In this document: positions 1 to 11,715 of the stretch, in pieces
How the letters are laid out: each line of letters begins with the position of its first letter
How positions within the stretch are numbered: the first letter of the stretch is position 1
Origin: Octopus sinensis
Taxonomy: Eukaryota
Reading direction: 5' to 3'
Assembly (NCBI RefSeq): GCF_006345805.1
Contig: NC_043002.1
Span: forward strand, 54,498,001-54,562,000
Length of the DNA: 64,000 nt
Position numbers and translations under genes: made by a program
Notes under the pieces: model-generated
Seen by the model: the letters and a program-made list of their open reading frames with translations, nothing else
What the model was told of the DNA's origin: nothing
The model's database searches: none

Positions 1-268
1 GTTTTCCAAATACTTATGAGGGTGCAAAGATCGTGCCATCTGAAGTACAGGCAGCCATCAAAATGGTAAGAAAAAACAGAATTGTCATTGAGATGACAAA
101 AGCATTAGAGGAATATGGAATTAGAAAACTGACAAATGTAATAAATAAAGTCTATGATGATGGGAAATATCCAGAAGATCTGAGTAATTTCATCTTTATT
201 GCACTCCCGAAGAAATCAAGAACGGTGGACTGTGAACAACATGGCACTATTGGTCTCATCGGTCACGA

Positions 269-270
<2 letters not shown>
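1..270 (+). mobile_element. RTE-clade LINE fragment (linker before the RT domain)
   Basis: Translation [41 protein letters not shown] matches the RTE pattern EV.AAIK..IEM.KAL..IFIALPKK..C..HRTISL.SH. It is cut off by (AT)n. Confidence 0.8.
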
Positions 271-326
<56 letters not shown>

Positions 327-328
<2 letters not shown>

Positions 329-437
329 GCCTGCTCGCTTAGCCACCGGGGTGGCGTCATTCGAAGGCTATAACAATGCGAACGCATTGTGACCAGCGAT
401 GTGTAACAACATCTGATGGTCTGCTCGGTCACGTGAT

Positions 438-445
<8 letters not shown>
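327..445 (+). mobile_element. 5'-truncated copy of SINE family C (RTE-tailed)
   Basis: Near-identical to the 3' half of the full copy at 1356-1639. Ends GTGAT(AT)n. Confidence 0.85.
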
Positions 446-520
<75 letters not shown>

Positions 521-1061
521 GAGTGAGTGAGTGAGAGTTCTAGTAAACCTAAAACGTTGCATGGTTACGGCTGGAATACATTTGATCATATTATAATTTC
601 AAAATCTTATCCCATCAGAGTCGAATGAGTTTAAACAACAACACCAACATCATTAACACCAACAACAAATACACACACACACATAACATGTTAAGCTCTT
701 CTCTCCGATATTCCAATATTTTACATGTAAGCTATTTGGAATATTCTCCTCGTAACGTCTTCAGCTTTATGTCTGGCATCATCACCTGGATACAGAACAT
801 TGATAAATAACTTGTCGCTGGTGTGTTTCTTTTCTAAGCTGCGATTGCGACTGTTACCTTTGTTACTACCGTTGTAATTGTCTGTGTTGTTGCTCTTGTT
901 GTTGCTCTTATTTAGTTAGAATTTCTCTACCAGCATTTTACTTTGGTCGAGAATCTGAAGACAAAAAGAATACAAATTTGTCAATGATGGAATATTATAT
1001 TTTGTATAGTTTGGAACGTGCATGCGTCATGAAATTTGTCTTGAAAATTATTATTTCTATT

Positions 1062-1250
1062 CTTTTATTTGATCCAGTCATTGGACTACGACCATGCTGG
1101 AGCACTGCTTTGACGAACTTGGTTCTCATGTTAATATATGCTAATGATTGGTACTTTTTCTATCGACCTGCTTTTCCCGAACTATGATATTATAAAGATG
1201 TAAACAAACCAAAACCGGTTGGCAAGGTCTGAGATACAAACACAAAGACG
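1062..1250 (-). mobile_element. Degenerate 3' part of SINE family B (CORE-type)
   Basis: The reverse complement carries the GCAGTGCTCCAGCATGGTCGTAGTCCAATGACTG tail seen in intact copies. Confidence 0.65.
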
Positions 1251-1269
1251 CACAGTCATATGCAAATGA

Positions 1270-1355
<86 letters not shown>

Positions 1356-1360
<5 letters not shown>

Positions 1361-1637
1361 CGTGACCGACCAGACTATCAGATGTTGCTACACATCGCTG
1401 GTCACAATGCGCTTCGCATTGTTTTAGCCTTCAAATGACGCCACCCCGCTGGCTAAGCGAGCAGGCCAACAGAAGAAAGAGAGAAATTTGCGGCGAAAGA
1501 GTACAGCAGGGATCGCCCCCGCCCCCTCCCGGAGCTGTGTTTTTGCTCAATAAAGACTCACAACGCCCGGTCTGGGAATCGAAACCGCGATCCTACAACC
1601 ACGAGTCCGCTGCCCTAACCGCTGGGCCATTGTGCCT

Positions 1638-1639
<2 letters not shown>
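1356..1639 (-). mobile_element. Full-length tRNA-derived SINE (family C)
   Basis: Head GGAGGCACAATGGCCCAGCGGTTAGGGC has a D-arm GCCC/GGGC, an A box and a B-box-like GGTTTCGATTCC. The tail resembles the RTE 3' end and is followed by (AT)n. Confidence 0.9.
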
Positions 1640-1683
<44 letters not shown>

Positions 1684-3427
1684 GCATGTATGTATGTATG
1701 TATGTATGTATGTATGCATGCATGTATGTATGTCTGTATATATATGTGTCTGTGTGTGTATGTATATATATATATGTAGTGAATTGCTTCTTAGATATTT
1801 AGCCAAGATTCGAAAACCAGTCCAGATTTTTCTACGAGTTCTTTTTTGCTGTTGTCATCATTTGCACCAGGAAATTTATGAGTGTCATCTGTTTCCCTGC
1901 GGTCATTTCAAGTCAAATCTAGGTCAAGACATATAACAGACGAAAGATCCTTTGTTTAGCCCGACCTAATTTATTTAGAAAAAATATAAATACGGAACCC
2001 AAACTTGGTTCTACCTCTTTCGGTTAGCTCCTAGTCAAAAGGAACACTTCACATATGGCTTGTTACAGCGGGGCTACAGAACTTTCACCCTCGCTACTTG
2101 TCAACACAGAGAAAGGTATATTCTCTTACTCTTTCTCTTCCTTTCTTCCATCCATCTTCTAGCAGTCACTCACAAATTAACTTAACCACCTGCAGAATGG
2201 ACTACAGAACTAAAACTAGTCTGTGTATAAAAAACTGTAACGATAAAATAAAGGCCATATCAATGAATATTTTTCCGCTCATTTATTTGTTACATATAAA
2301 TTGATGAATACATACATACATACATGCATACATACATACATACATATTGTTACATTAGCTAGCTTATAAATAGGTGGAATGTGCCAATCATCGAGAGCTG
2401 TCAGAATATAAAAACATTTTAAGTTGTTTTTTCTTAAACTTTGGTCAACCATGACATGATTGAGCAAACTTATGATCAAGGCCATTCCAACCGTGTCATC
2501 CTGCTTTTTTAGAAGTAGCTAATTCTATATTATTTAATGATAATATAATACTTGCGTTTTTAAAAGGTGGGTAGTGGTGGTGGTGGTGCTGCTGCTGGTA
2601 GTGGTGGTGCTGGTGGTGCTGGTGGCGCCGGCGGCGGTGACGGCGGCTGCTTATTTCTTGTTGGTCCAGCGATTGTATAGAGCCACAGAGAGGAATCTTT
2701 TTAGCAACATGATCGAATTAAAAGTACATAATCTCTGTCTGTCTCTGTCTCTCTACCTCTGTCTCTGTCAGTATGTCTGTCTGTCTGTCTCTCTCTCTCT
2801 CTTTCTCTCCCTCTCTCCCCCCCTCTCTCTCTCTGTAATGTAAACACAACTGTATAAAACTAGAAACATTTTTACATGTTGCATACATAGAGGTGTTTGT
2901 ATTTGTTTACTCGACGTGGTTACACCGAATTAAAATTCGTTTTGTTTCTATACGTGTATACATGTCTGTGAGCATGCGTATATGTGTGTGTGTGTGTGTG
3001 TGTGCATTCAGAGAGGAAGAGAGATAGTGACACTGAAAGAGAGAGAAATGTGTATGTGTGTGAGTGAGTGAGTATTTGACAATCTACCTTAATCATGCCT
3101 ACCCAGAACATTTACTCATACACATACCTGATCATCACTCCGCAAGCACCTGCTAAACAACACCAGTAATAACAATCATATCAACCTAGTGCATAAAACT
3201 GCGGTCAGCAACATCTCACGAACTAGGAATGAATACAAAAGCGCTCAGGTCCTGAAAGTATCTTAGGCGACCTCAGCTATGCCGAACGAACTTACTTCAA
3301 CATACTGGTATGAAGTTATACATACATGTTTTCCAGAACTTTAGAATGATACTCAGAAAAGGAATGGTATCCTTTCTTGGACTCGTAAGCAATACCATTT
3401 TTAGGGTTATGTTTTTGCGATCCTTTT

Positions 3428-3720
3428 TATTTTTTATCTTTTACCAGATTCAGTGATTGGACTGCAGCCATGCAGGGACACAACTTTGAAGGATTTTAGT
3501 CGAATGAATTACCTCCGGTACTTATCGAACCGCTAAGTTACGGGAACGCAAAGACACAGACACGCGCGCGCGCAGTTTTTATTCTTTTACTTGCTTCAGT
3601 CATTTGACTGTGGCCATGGTAGAGCACCGCCTTAAAGGGTTATAGTGGAAGAAATCGACCCTAGGACTTATTCTTTGTAAGCCTAGTACTTATTCTATCA
3701 GTTCCTTTTGCTGAACCTCT
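3428..3720 (-). mobile_element. Two tandem 3' fragments of SINE family B
   Basis: Two successive degenerate copies of the family B tail (CAGT.ATT.GACTG..GCCATG) around a (CG)n run. Confidence 0.65.
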
Positions 3721-3856
3721 ACTTTTCTCCATGTAATCGACTTGAAATTTTTCTACTTTTCTTAACATCAAACCAATGGTAGTCTTAATTCACAAATAAG
3801 GAAATTATATATCCACCAATACGGTGTTGAGAATTCATTTCATCGTTCGACATTTA

Positions 3857-3913
<57 letters not shown>

Positions 3914-4371
3914 TAAAAAGTGAAAAAACTACAGAAGGCTTGTTTTAAAAGGTTAAAAAATATATATTTGAGTCATTATGTCTGAAGAATGTTATAAATT
4001 TTTTTCATACAATGACATAGTTTTTGCAGAAATGACCGGTTTCGCGTTCAGCTTTTCAAATTTCTTACATCGTTATGTTTTCGTTGAGAACTATAAAGAA
4101 GAGTTCCAGATAAGGGGAGGTAATAAGTGATTTCTTCCGGTGTAAGGGAGATAATCGCTTAATATTTCTTGCCTTTTTTGGGGGGTGAGTTTCTCTGTAT
4201 AAGAATGTTGGAATGGTTAAGTTTGGGCTTGTATTTTTCAATGAAGAATGTTTCCTTGTTTAGTCTAATTTGTGTTGGTGTTCCGATAGCACATTGGTAA
4301 AATGGAAAGATTAAAAATTGTGGTAGTAGTTGCCTTGCGCATTTCTCAATGTGCCAAGGGTTAACCGCTCT

Positions 4372-5600
4372 CACCGCTTTTGTATGTGATGGCTCTTGAG
4401 CCGTTACTGCGTAAGTTGAGTGGCATACCGAGAGAACCAGGATGTGGAGAGTCGGTTTCAGCTTACGCGGATGACATCACCATCAGTGCGAACAAAATGG
4501 AATACCTACAGGAGGTAGGCAAGGCCATTGAGGTGGCAGGAGCAAAAATTAACCGGGAAAAATCGGTCGGCTTGCAACTCGGTACCTGGAGGGGCAAGTC
4601 GATGCCTTCAGACAACGTCGTAGGACGTTGGACGGAGGAACCGGTTAAGTTGGTAGGGATCTGGTTTGGTCCAGACCTCCCGGTAGAGAAGAACTGGCTG
4701 GGATGGCACACACAGTCAAGACCTAGTCTTGGCGGTGGCTACCTCTGAAAGGGAGGGCGGAGGTAGCCAATGTGTTTATCGCATCGGTTATTATCTACCG
4801 CCTAATCATCGTCCCTTGCCCGGATTCGTGGTTGATCAAGTTGGAAAGACAGCTCTTTCGCTTTTTGTGGAAGGGCTCGAAGCCACTTGTAAGACGCTCT
4901 ATTTGCTGTCAAAGACCGTTAAAGGGAGGACTAGGTATGCCTTGGCTAATGATGCGCAAATATACGTTGAGGTTGAAGCATCTCTGGAACCTTCTGAATG
5001 GTGAACGGGTGTGGTCTCCGCTGGCGAAACGGATGTTTCCTTCGTTCGCTAGTTTCGGTGGACGGGAAGCTTGGTGCTTTCGTAGATCAAGGTTGAGTGT
5101 GTGGCATACGGAGTACCGCAAGGCACTCCTGCTATTCCGTCGCTCGAGTAATGCCAGCGGTGGGGTTTCTACAGCATTTTTCTATAGAGGGTTGGTAGAG
5201 GCTGAATGCGACGATGGCCTGGGGGATACTCAGAGTCTCGGATTTATTCAACTTGACAGCCTGTTTTTTGTACGTTCGGGTTGAGGACGCTGGATAACTT
5301 CCAAAAGTCCTTGACCTGGCAATATTACAGAAATGCCTTGCCCGTTCGGGATAAGCTTGCAAGACATGGTCAATGCAACTCTCCGACCTGCCCAAGATGT
5401 TAGCGGGATAGGGAAACCGTACCGCACGCTATTGTCCAGTGTCCGGAGGTGTCGGAGATGTGGGCTTATGCAGAACACCTGTTGTCTGGTACAAGGAGAA
5501 GCCAGCTATCGACTGGGTCAATTATAAAAATTGACCCACCCGAGTTTATTATTAAATGAAGGTAAGAATTGTTTTCTCATCGTAGTAGCAATAGCGAAAG
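4372..5600 (+). mobile_element. L1-clade (Tx1-like) LINE ORF2 fragment: RT C-terminal half and CCHC region, frameshifted
   Basis: ORFs 4380-4748 and 4772-5284 give ALEPLLRKL, SAYADDIT, KINREKS, FRFLWKG and GGLGMPWL. A degenerate C-x2-C..H..C lies near 5390-5440. A second copy is at 59345-60763. Confidence 0.9.
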
Positions 5601-5900
5601 AGGAAGACAAGGATGACATGAGTAAAGACAGGCAGCTTCGTCTCTGGCCTTGCCTTACAAAGGTATTTTGCTTTTCATTTGAAAAGAAAAATAGAGCTGA
5701 AGAGGAGGTGTCTGTCACCGTTTTTTTCATTACATTGGTTGTTAGATCCACTGGCGGCGTTAATTTCAGTGTATTTCCGTCTCTTTCCAGCAACTTCTCG
5801 CATTCCTTTATTTTTCGAGGTTCAACCACGTCTATCCCTTTTCCAGTTGCAGCCGCATAGCTGTGGCCACTTGCTGGTGTTTATTCCATTTTTCCCACAA
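5600..5900 (-). mobile_element. Putative LINE ORF1 N-terminal fragment, inverted relative to the adjacent ORF2
   Basis: Minus frame reads SGHSYAAATGKGIDVVEPRKIKECEKLLER. An SYA-A motif is typical of LINE ORF1 proteins. There are no stops over about 90 codons. Confidence 0.45.
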
Positions 5901-6011
5901 TGGGAAGGAACAACAATTCAAAATAATACTTGCAACAATTGAACAGTAACAATCAATCGAACAAATATTTAACACTATGACTAACGTCTAACATGACAAA
6001 AAACAACTCGA

Positions 6012-6195
6012 ACCGCCTGTGACATAAACCTCCGTCAAGGCAACACCAACGATTAGCCGGGGATGATTTTTAAAATGAGAATATCTGAAATAAATTCGAC
6101 TGCTCTCACAAACGAGAATACTAAAAATGAACCCGACCGTTCTCAAAAATTAAGTGAAAAAAAAAAAAACGGAAAAATAATCCAGAATCCTTGTC
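6012..6195 (+). mobile_element. Truncated copy of the dispersed repeat at 16030-16388
   Basis: About 90% identical by eye to 16050-16240 (CCTCCGTCAAGGCAACACCAAC...GGAAAAATAATCCAGAATC). Confidence 0.85.
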
Positions 6196-6202
6196 TGGTA
6201 CC

Positions 6203-6365
6203 TTTTTGCTATAGGCACAAAGCCTGAAATTTTGGGGGAGGGGGCTAGTCGACCCAGAAAAGATGAACGACAAAGTCGGCTTTAGCGGTATTTGAATTCA
6301 GAACGTAGGGAAGAACATAATGCTGCTAAGTGCTTTGTCTAGTGTGCTAACAATTCTGCCAGTTC
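6203..6365 (-). mobile_element. Degenerate SINE family A
   Basis: The reverse complement matches the family A head (CTGGCAGAAT..TTAGCAC) and the short tail. Confidence 0.65.
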
Positions 6366-9106
6366 TATGATTATCTTGAAAATTTAGTCTTCAGGCAAAC
6401 CGACTCTCTAACATGTATTCTTAAAATTCATGCTTGTTCATTTGTTGCAGTTTTTGTTATTTTTCAGCTGATTGAAACAAAATAGTTGACATTTCCTCTG
6501 GCTATTCTTTGTTAACGAGCGGTTGGCTGGCATCAAACAAGATCAAAACGGTACTAGAGAGATTATATTTAAAGATCTTTGACTTCAGGCTCATTTCGAG
6601 TTGTTAATGGCAACAACCAGCGTCACCCATTTCCTGAGTAATCATGCGAGTATGAATGTACACCTAGACACATGCACTTACGAAAACCAGAAGTTACTAT
6701 TCATGATTGAAGAGTAGAGTCAAGCGCTTTCTTAAACGCTAGTCATACTGTAGCCATAGGTTCAATAGACTTCAGTATTACTACATTGATGTACTGTTAA
6801 TACATAACATTTAAGCGTGCTATGGATTTTTAATTTTTGGCCACTTATGTCTCTTGGCTCCTTAACACTAGTGTTGTCCACGGAACCGTCAAACCGTCTG
6901 GCACATCGAATCCAGTGCCTTTTTTTCTTTTTTCTTTCTTTTTTTTTGTTATAACGAGAGCTTCACTATAGAATATGAGTTTCCTTATTCCTATAACTGA
7001 CTTACACATCTCTCCCGTATGATGTTTCCATTCGGTAGATTGGCAACAAATGTTAGGAGAGTTTTAGAAGAGATGCTTGCACAGTATTCACTCCGTAACT
7101 CGTTAACGCATAACGCACCGCTGTTGTGTTACTTATTTAAATTCTAGCCCCCTTCGCATACATATTGACTCCAAATAATAACGAGGCGGAGCATTTTCAA
7201 ATTTGATGGTATAGTCTCCCATGTAGTTTGTAGTCTTAATGCAAACTTACTGCTGATAATCCTGCGTTCTTGTCATTTCTTACAATAAAGCTTTTGATTG
7301 ACCACTCCCAGTTAGTGGTTTAGTGATAATTATTTTTCTAGGTGGGTGTCTCTCGTCGGAAGTTTCTGTAGGCTTTGGATAGCTTATCACGAAGTCGTAG
7401 TTATTGGTTCGGGAATTCATTATTCGCTTTGAATCTAATGATAATATTTAACTGTCCGAATCTTTTCCATGAGTCTATCGATTTTTTTTCTTTTTTGAGA
7501 GAGAGAGAGAGAGAAAGAGGAGGGAAGAGTAGTGCAACATTTTGGTTGCGTGTTATCATTTCAATCTATCTTTTATTACTTCCATCTGTTGGCAAATAGC
7601 AATTACAACACATTACAGTAGGACATTCAATATCCAAAAGTCGGGAGCTTCTGTTTGTGCTCGGTCTTCTTAACATCTCGATTTGGATCACAGATACTAC
7701 CAAGTCAGTAGGTTTTTCTATCGGCTCGTTATCATTCTTTCATTTAGAGGCTTATTGATGTAAATGTGAAACTCTGATTAAGTCTTGCTGCAATCTTCAC
7801 GTGCAGCTTGTATCATATACACATTTCTATTAGATTGAACCTGTGCAACGACAAGTGTACCCGTGTAATGACAGTAGTCATATCTAAAACTTATAGAAAG
7901 TTTTATTTATTTTTTTTTTTACGCGAGTAGATTCTGCTGGTCTGTTGATAGTGTTATTTGCTGAGATTTTGGGAGTTGATTTTACTTGATAAACTAGCAT
8001 ATTTCTTCGCCACGAACATAGCTTTCTGGTGTAACTGTTTCACACCGAAAGGTTAGTAGCTGGCATATTTTACAACTCAGCAGAAATTTGACCTCTTCAA
8101 GTAACTGATCGAGATTAACTCCATAATTTTCTTGTAGAGTTTTTACAAATCTTGATTAATTCAACAGTCCATGAGAATCTCTCTTGAAAGTTCTGCGACA
8201 AACGATAGCTGACCGCGATTTCATGTCTTACCATGTCGTATGTAGTAGAAGAACTTGTGTGTTATTTTCAGTTGAATTTCACTGGTTGATTACTACGATG
8301 ACCTTCTCTAAAAAGGCGTTTCTTCACATCTGTTCAAAGTATGTAACCAACTGTTTTCTTTCTCTTTTATTGTTTTGCCAGGTTTGTATTAATAGCAAAA
8401 GTTTTAGTGAAAACTATTTGATACACCAAAGAATGAATAGTCCCCTATACCAACGTGACACATTTCAATGCTGTCTTGTATGAATGTACATATGTAAGTA
8501 TACTTTCACTTCTTTTACTTGTTTCAGCCATGGACATACTCGGGTACTGTCTTTAGTGTGATTGCTACTTTATTTCATTTCAAGATATCCATCTACACAT
8601 CCATCCAGCCAGAGAGCCAGCCATGTGTATTGTGTGTGTGTATATATATATATATGTATGTATGTATATATGTATGTATGTATGTATTTATGTATGTACA
8701 TACATACATATGTATATATATATGTATCTAAATATATACATACATTGTATGTATGTATGTATGTGTGTATGTAAATGCATGCATGTATGTGTGTATGTAT
8801 GTATGTGTGTATGTAAATGTATGCATGTATGTGTGTATGTATGTATGTGTGTATGTAAATGTATGTATGTATGTAAATGTATGGATGTATGTATTATGTA
8901 TGTATGTATGTCAATATATGTATATAATATATATGTAAATATAAGTATATATATATATATATAGGGAAGGAAAAATTTATAAAAAGATCTCTTTCTCTAC
9001 GAGCAGATCTAATCCTGATTCGTCAAAAAACTGATGATGTATTACCTCAGTGGTCAAGCTACTGTCACCCTGCTTGGTCTGTTTCCCCACACGATACAGC
9101 TATGGG

Positions 9107-9229
9107 TCAGACCCGATTCTGATTGGTCAAAACATTGATAACGTCTCGTTCTGCTGGACTAGCCACCTCAGACCCGATTCTGATTGGTCAAAACATTGAT
9201 GACGTCTCGTTCTGCTGGACTAGCCACCT
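9107..9229. repeat. 61-bp tandem duplication inside a degenerate ~95-bp repeat array (about 9005-9345)
   Basis: TCAGACCCGATTCTGATTGGTCAAAACATTGAT(A/G)ACGTCTCGTTCTGCTGGACTAGCCACC occurs twice with one mismatch. Confidence 0.95.
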
Positions 9230-9376
9230 AACAGGATACAGTCATGGGTCAGCACTAATTCGTAAAAAAAATGATGACGTATTTCTCCCGTGGCCAAACT
9301 GTCGTTCCGCTTGGTTGGTTTCCTAACAGGATACAGTTAGGAGTCTTTTCACTATATTCGTTGAGACTGGGTTTTG

Positions 9377-9445
9377 ATTGGTTTGGAACTATATGACGTC
9401 AGTGAAAAGTGCAAGTGACCACAGCTTAGCTGAGCTAATATAAAT
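9377..9445 (+). promoter_or_regulatory. Pol II promoter-like motif set: reverse CCAAT, CRE, TATA
   Basis: GATTGG near 9377, TGACGTCA at 9394-9401, TATAAAT near 9438. Motif match only. Confidence 0.3.
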
Positions 9446-9562
9446 CCAGCATCACAAAATTCACCAAAATTATGCGAGCAGACACCAACCAAAAATCATT
9501 ACTGTTGCTCCCATTGGAACACAAGGTAAAATCTAAAATGAACTCCTCGCCTTTTCAAGAAC

Positions 9563-9758
9563 ATGAATTTTTTATATTTGACTATTGAATGTATGTCACA
9601 ATTATGAACTACTACATCATACTCTTTAAACATATAGCATGGACTATCTTTATTATATATGAATTTGTTATATTTGACTCTATTGAATATATGTCACAAT
9701 TATGAACTATTACATCATACTCTTTAAACATATAGCATGGACTCTCTTTATTATATAT
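9563..9758. repeat. 96-bp tandem duplication
   Basis: ATGAATTT..TATATTTGAC..TATTGAAT.TATGTCACAATTATGAACTA.TACATC...TTTATTATATAT starts at 9563 and again at 9659. Confidence 0.95.
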
Positions 9759-9855
9759 AATTTTTTTTGATAAGGTTCGTCGTTTCAAGAACCGAAACAT
9801 GTTAATTTAAATTTAAATTTGTCTAATATAGCAGCATTTTCAAACTTCATTTTTT

Positions 9856-9946
<91 letters not shown>

Positions 9947-10000
9947 GTAAATGATGTATATGTATATGTTTGTAAATATATATATGCATATATGCATACA

Positions 10001-10219
10001 CACAGTCCGCCCCCAAAAATGTATATACGCTTCAGGAAAGGAAAAATCTGTATAAATATTTTAATTCAGTGTAATCGCAATTTATTCGGTGTTATTGCAA
10101 TTCGATAAAACACCGAAAGAGGTATTTATATTTAAAGAGGTACTTATACAAGTTAAGTGTATACACAGATTTACATGTTTCCTTTCCTGAAGTGTGAACA
10201 CATTTTTTAGCGGACTCTG
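10001..10219. mobile_element. MITE, probably Tc1/mariner type
   Basis: About 45-bp TIRs: CACAGTCCGC..AAAAATGT..CTTCAGGAAAGGAAA at the left and TTTCCTTTCCTGAAG..ACATTTTTTAGCGGACTCTG at the right, followed by TA. Confidence 0.8.
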
Positions 10220-10465
10220 TATAAAAATGAGGGTTCAGTAAAATAAAGCAGTAATCATGTCCTATGGACACGAATGTGTCTCTTTAGACCTACTGGTATC
10301 TTGCAAAGCTTTTGACAAAGGAACTTGTTGAGGACTCAGTTTGCTTGAGTACTTGTGAATTATTTACTATGTATTGTCTTGAGTGGACGGCAAGGCCTGC
10401 TTTGCTTCGGGCCACAAAATCACAATGACAAGTAAGGTTTCTATTTAGAGGAGCAGCATTTTGCA

Positions 10466-10515
<50 letters not shown>

Positions 10516-10520
<5 letters not shown>

Positions 10521-11672
10521 GCGAGTTCAGCACTGCATTGGTTTCGACGCTATCGAAGGCCTTCTCATAGTCTATAAACGCAACGCAAAGAGGCAGCTTG
10601 TACTCATTTGCTCGCTCAAGCAGTTGCGTTAGACTAAATATATGGTCCATCGTGCTGTAGTTTTTCCGGAAGCCTAAGGAGTCGAAGCGCAATATGTGCA
10701 GCTGCTCAGAGAGGCAAATTCCGGATGCACCACCGACATAGCTCTACTGTCATCACCCATACGAGTGCCGGCCGAGAAGTGAGTGAAGCAAGGAGATACA
10801 ATCTCCCCAAAACTTTTCACTGCATATCTCGAACAGATCATCAGAGGCATCGACTGGCAAGGTGGTGTCAACATCAATGGCGAGCTCCTCACCCACCTCC
10901 GTTTCGCTGACGACATCGTACTCATCGCTGAAAACACGGATCAGCTTCAGACCATGCTGACGGAGCTCGACATCAAAAGCTCTGCAGTAGGTCTCAAGAT
11001 GAACCGCATGAAAACAAAGTTCATGCGGTCAGACAACGTACCAACAGGTCGAATGGTGATCGGCAGTGATGAAATAGAGGAGGTAAGGGAATATGTCTAC
11101 CTGGGACAGGAAGTAAATATGTGCCGAGATATCGAAAAGGAGATCTTACGGAGAGTAAGGGCCGGATGGAAGGCGTTTAATGGCATAAGGGATGTGCTCA
11201 AGGGAAGGTTGGACAGGACCACCCGCGCCAACCTCATTAACAGTGCAGTTCTGCCTGCAATGTTATATGGTAGTGAAACATGGGCTACCACAAAGAGAGA
11301 AGAGCAGATACTGGTAACGGCTCAAAGAGCCATGGAAAGGTCAATGCTTGGTATCTCGTTGAGAGAGCACATCAGTAGCGAGATCATCAGAAAGAAGTCC
11401 GGCGTGAGAGATGTCATCGCAGAGTATACACGCAGCAAGTATAGATGGGCTGGACACGTCGCCCGGCTCACCGATAATCGGTGGACGCACGCAGTTGTCG
11501 AGTGGTACCCGCGCGAGCGGAAAAAGACCACCCGGAAGACCGATTTCAGGAGCACGATTGGGATCACGTGGATGAGAAAGGCGCGATCCAGAGAGGAGTG
11601 GACAGCATGCTGTGACCAGCGGTGTCAAATGGACGCCTGACGGACTGGTCGGTCAAGGTGATCAAAGTGATA
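10516..11672 (+). mobile_element. 5'-truncated RTE-clade LINE with an inverted 5' segment (10516-10675 on minus), inserted in (AT)n
   Basis: Minus part reads GFRKNYSTMDHIF..FIDYEKAFDSV. Plus part reads QGVEAQY..KQGDTISPKLF..LRFADDIVL..YVYLG..RWAGHVAR. The tail is GTGAT(AT)n. Confidence 0.95.
10783..11640 (+). pseudogene. Reverse transcriptase C-terminal half of the RTE element (285-aa open frame, not a complete gene)
   Basis: QGDTISP, FADD catalytic motif, YLG and the RTE C-terminal RWAGHVAR. An in-frame TGA lies immediately upstream. Confidence 0.95.
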
Positions 11673-11676
11673 TATA

Positions 11677-11715
<39 letters not shown>

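Noticed and set aside
1565-1639. Functional tRNA gene
   Set aside because: The acceptor, anticodon and T stems do not pair properly, and it is the head of a repeated SINE.
7950-8460. Possible hAT dimerisation-domain or PLE N-terminal relic on minus
   Set aside because: Only 3-4 residue resemblances in different frames were seen, so no consistent assignment is possible.
9107-9229. Direct repeats as a CRISPR array
   Set aside because: There are two adjacent 61-bp units with no unique spacers and no cas genes, in a eukaryotic context.
10783-11640. RT as a retron, DGR or group II intron enzyme
   Set aside because: The motifs (QGDTISP, FADD, RWAGHVAR) and the tandem-repeat tail are those of an RTE non-LTR retrotransposon.
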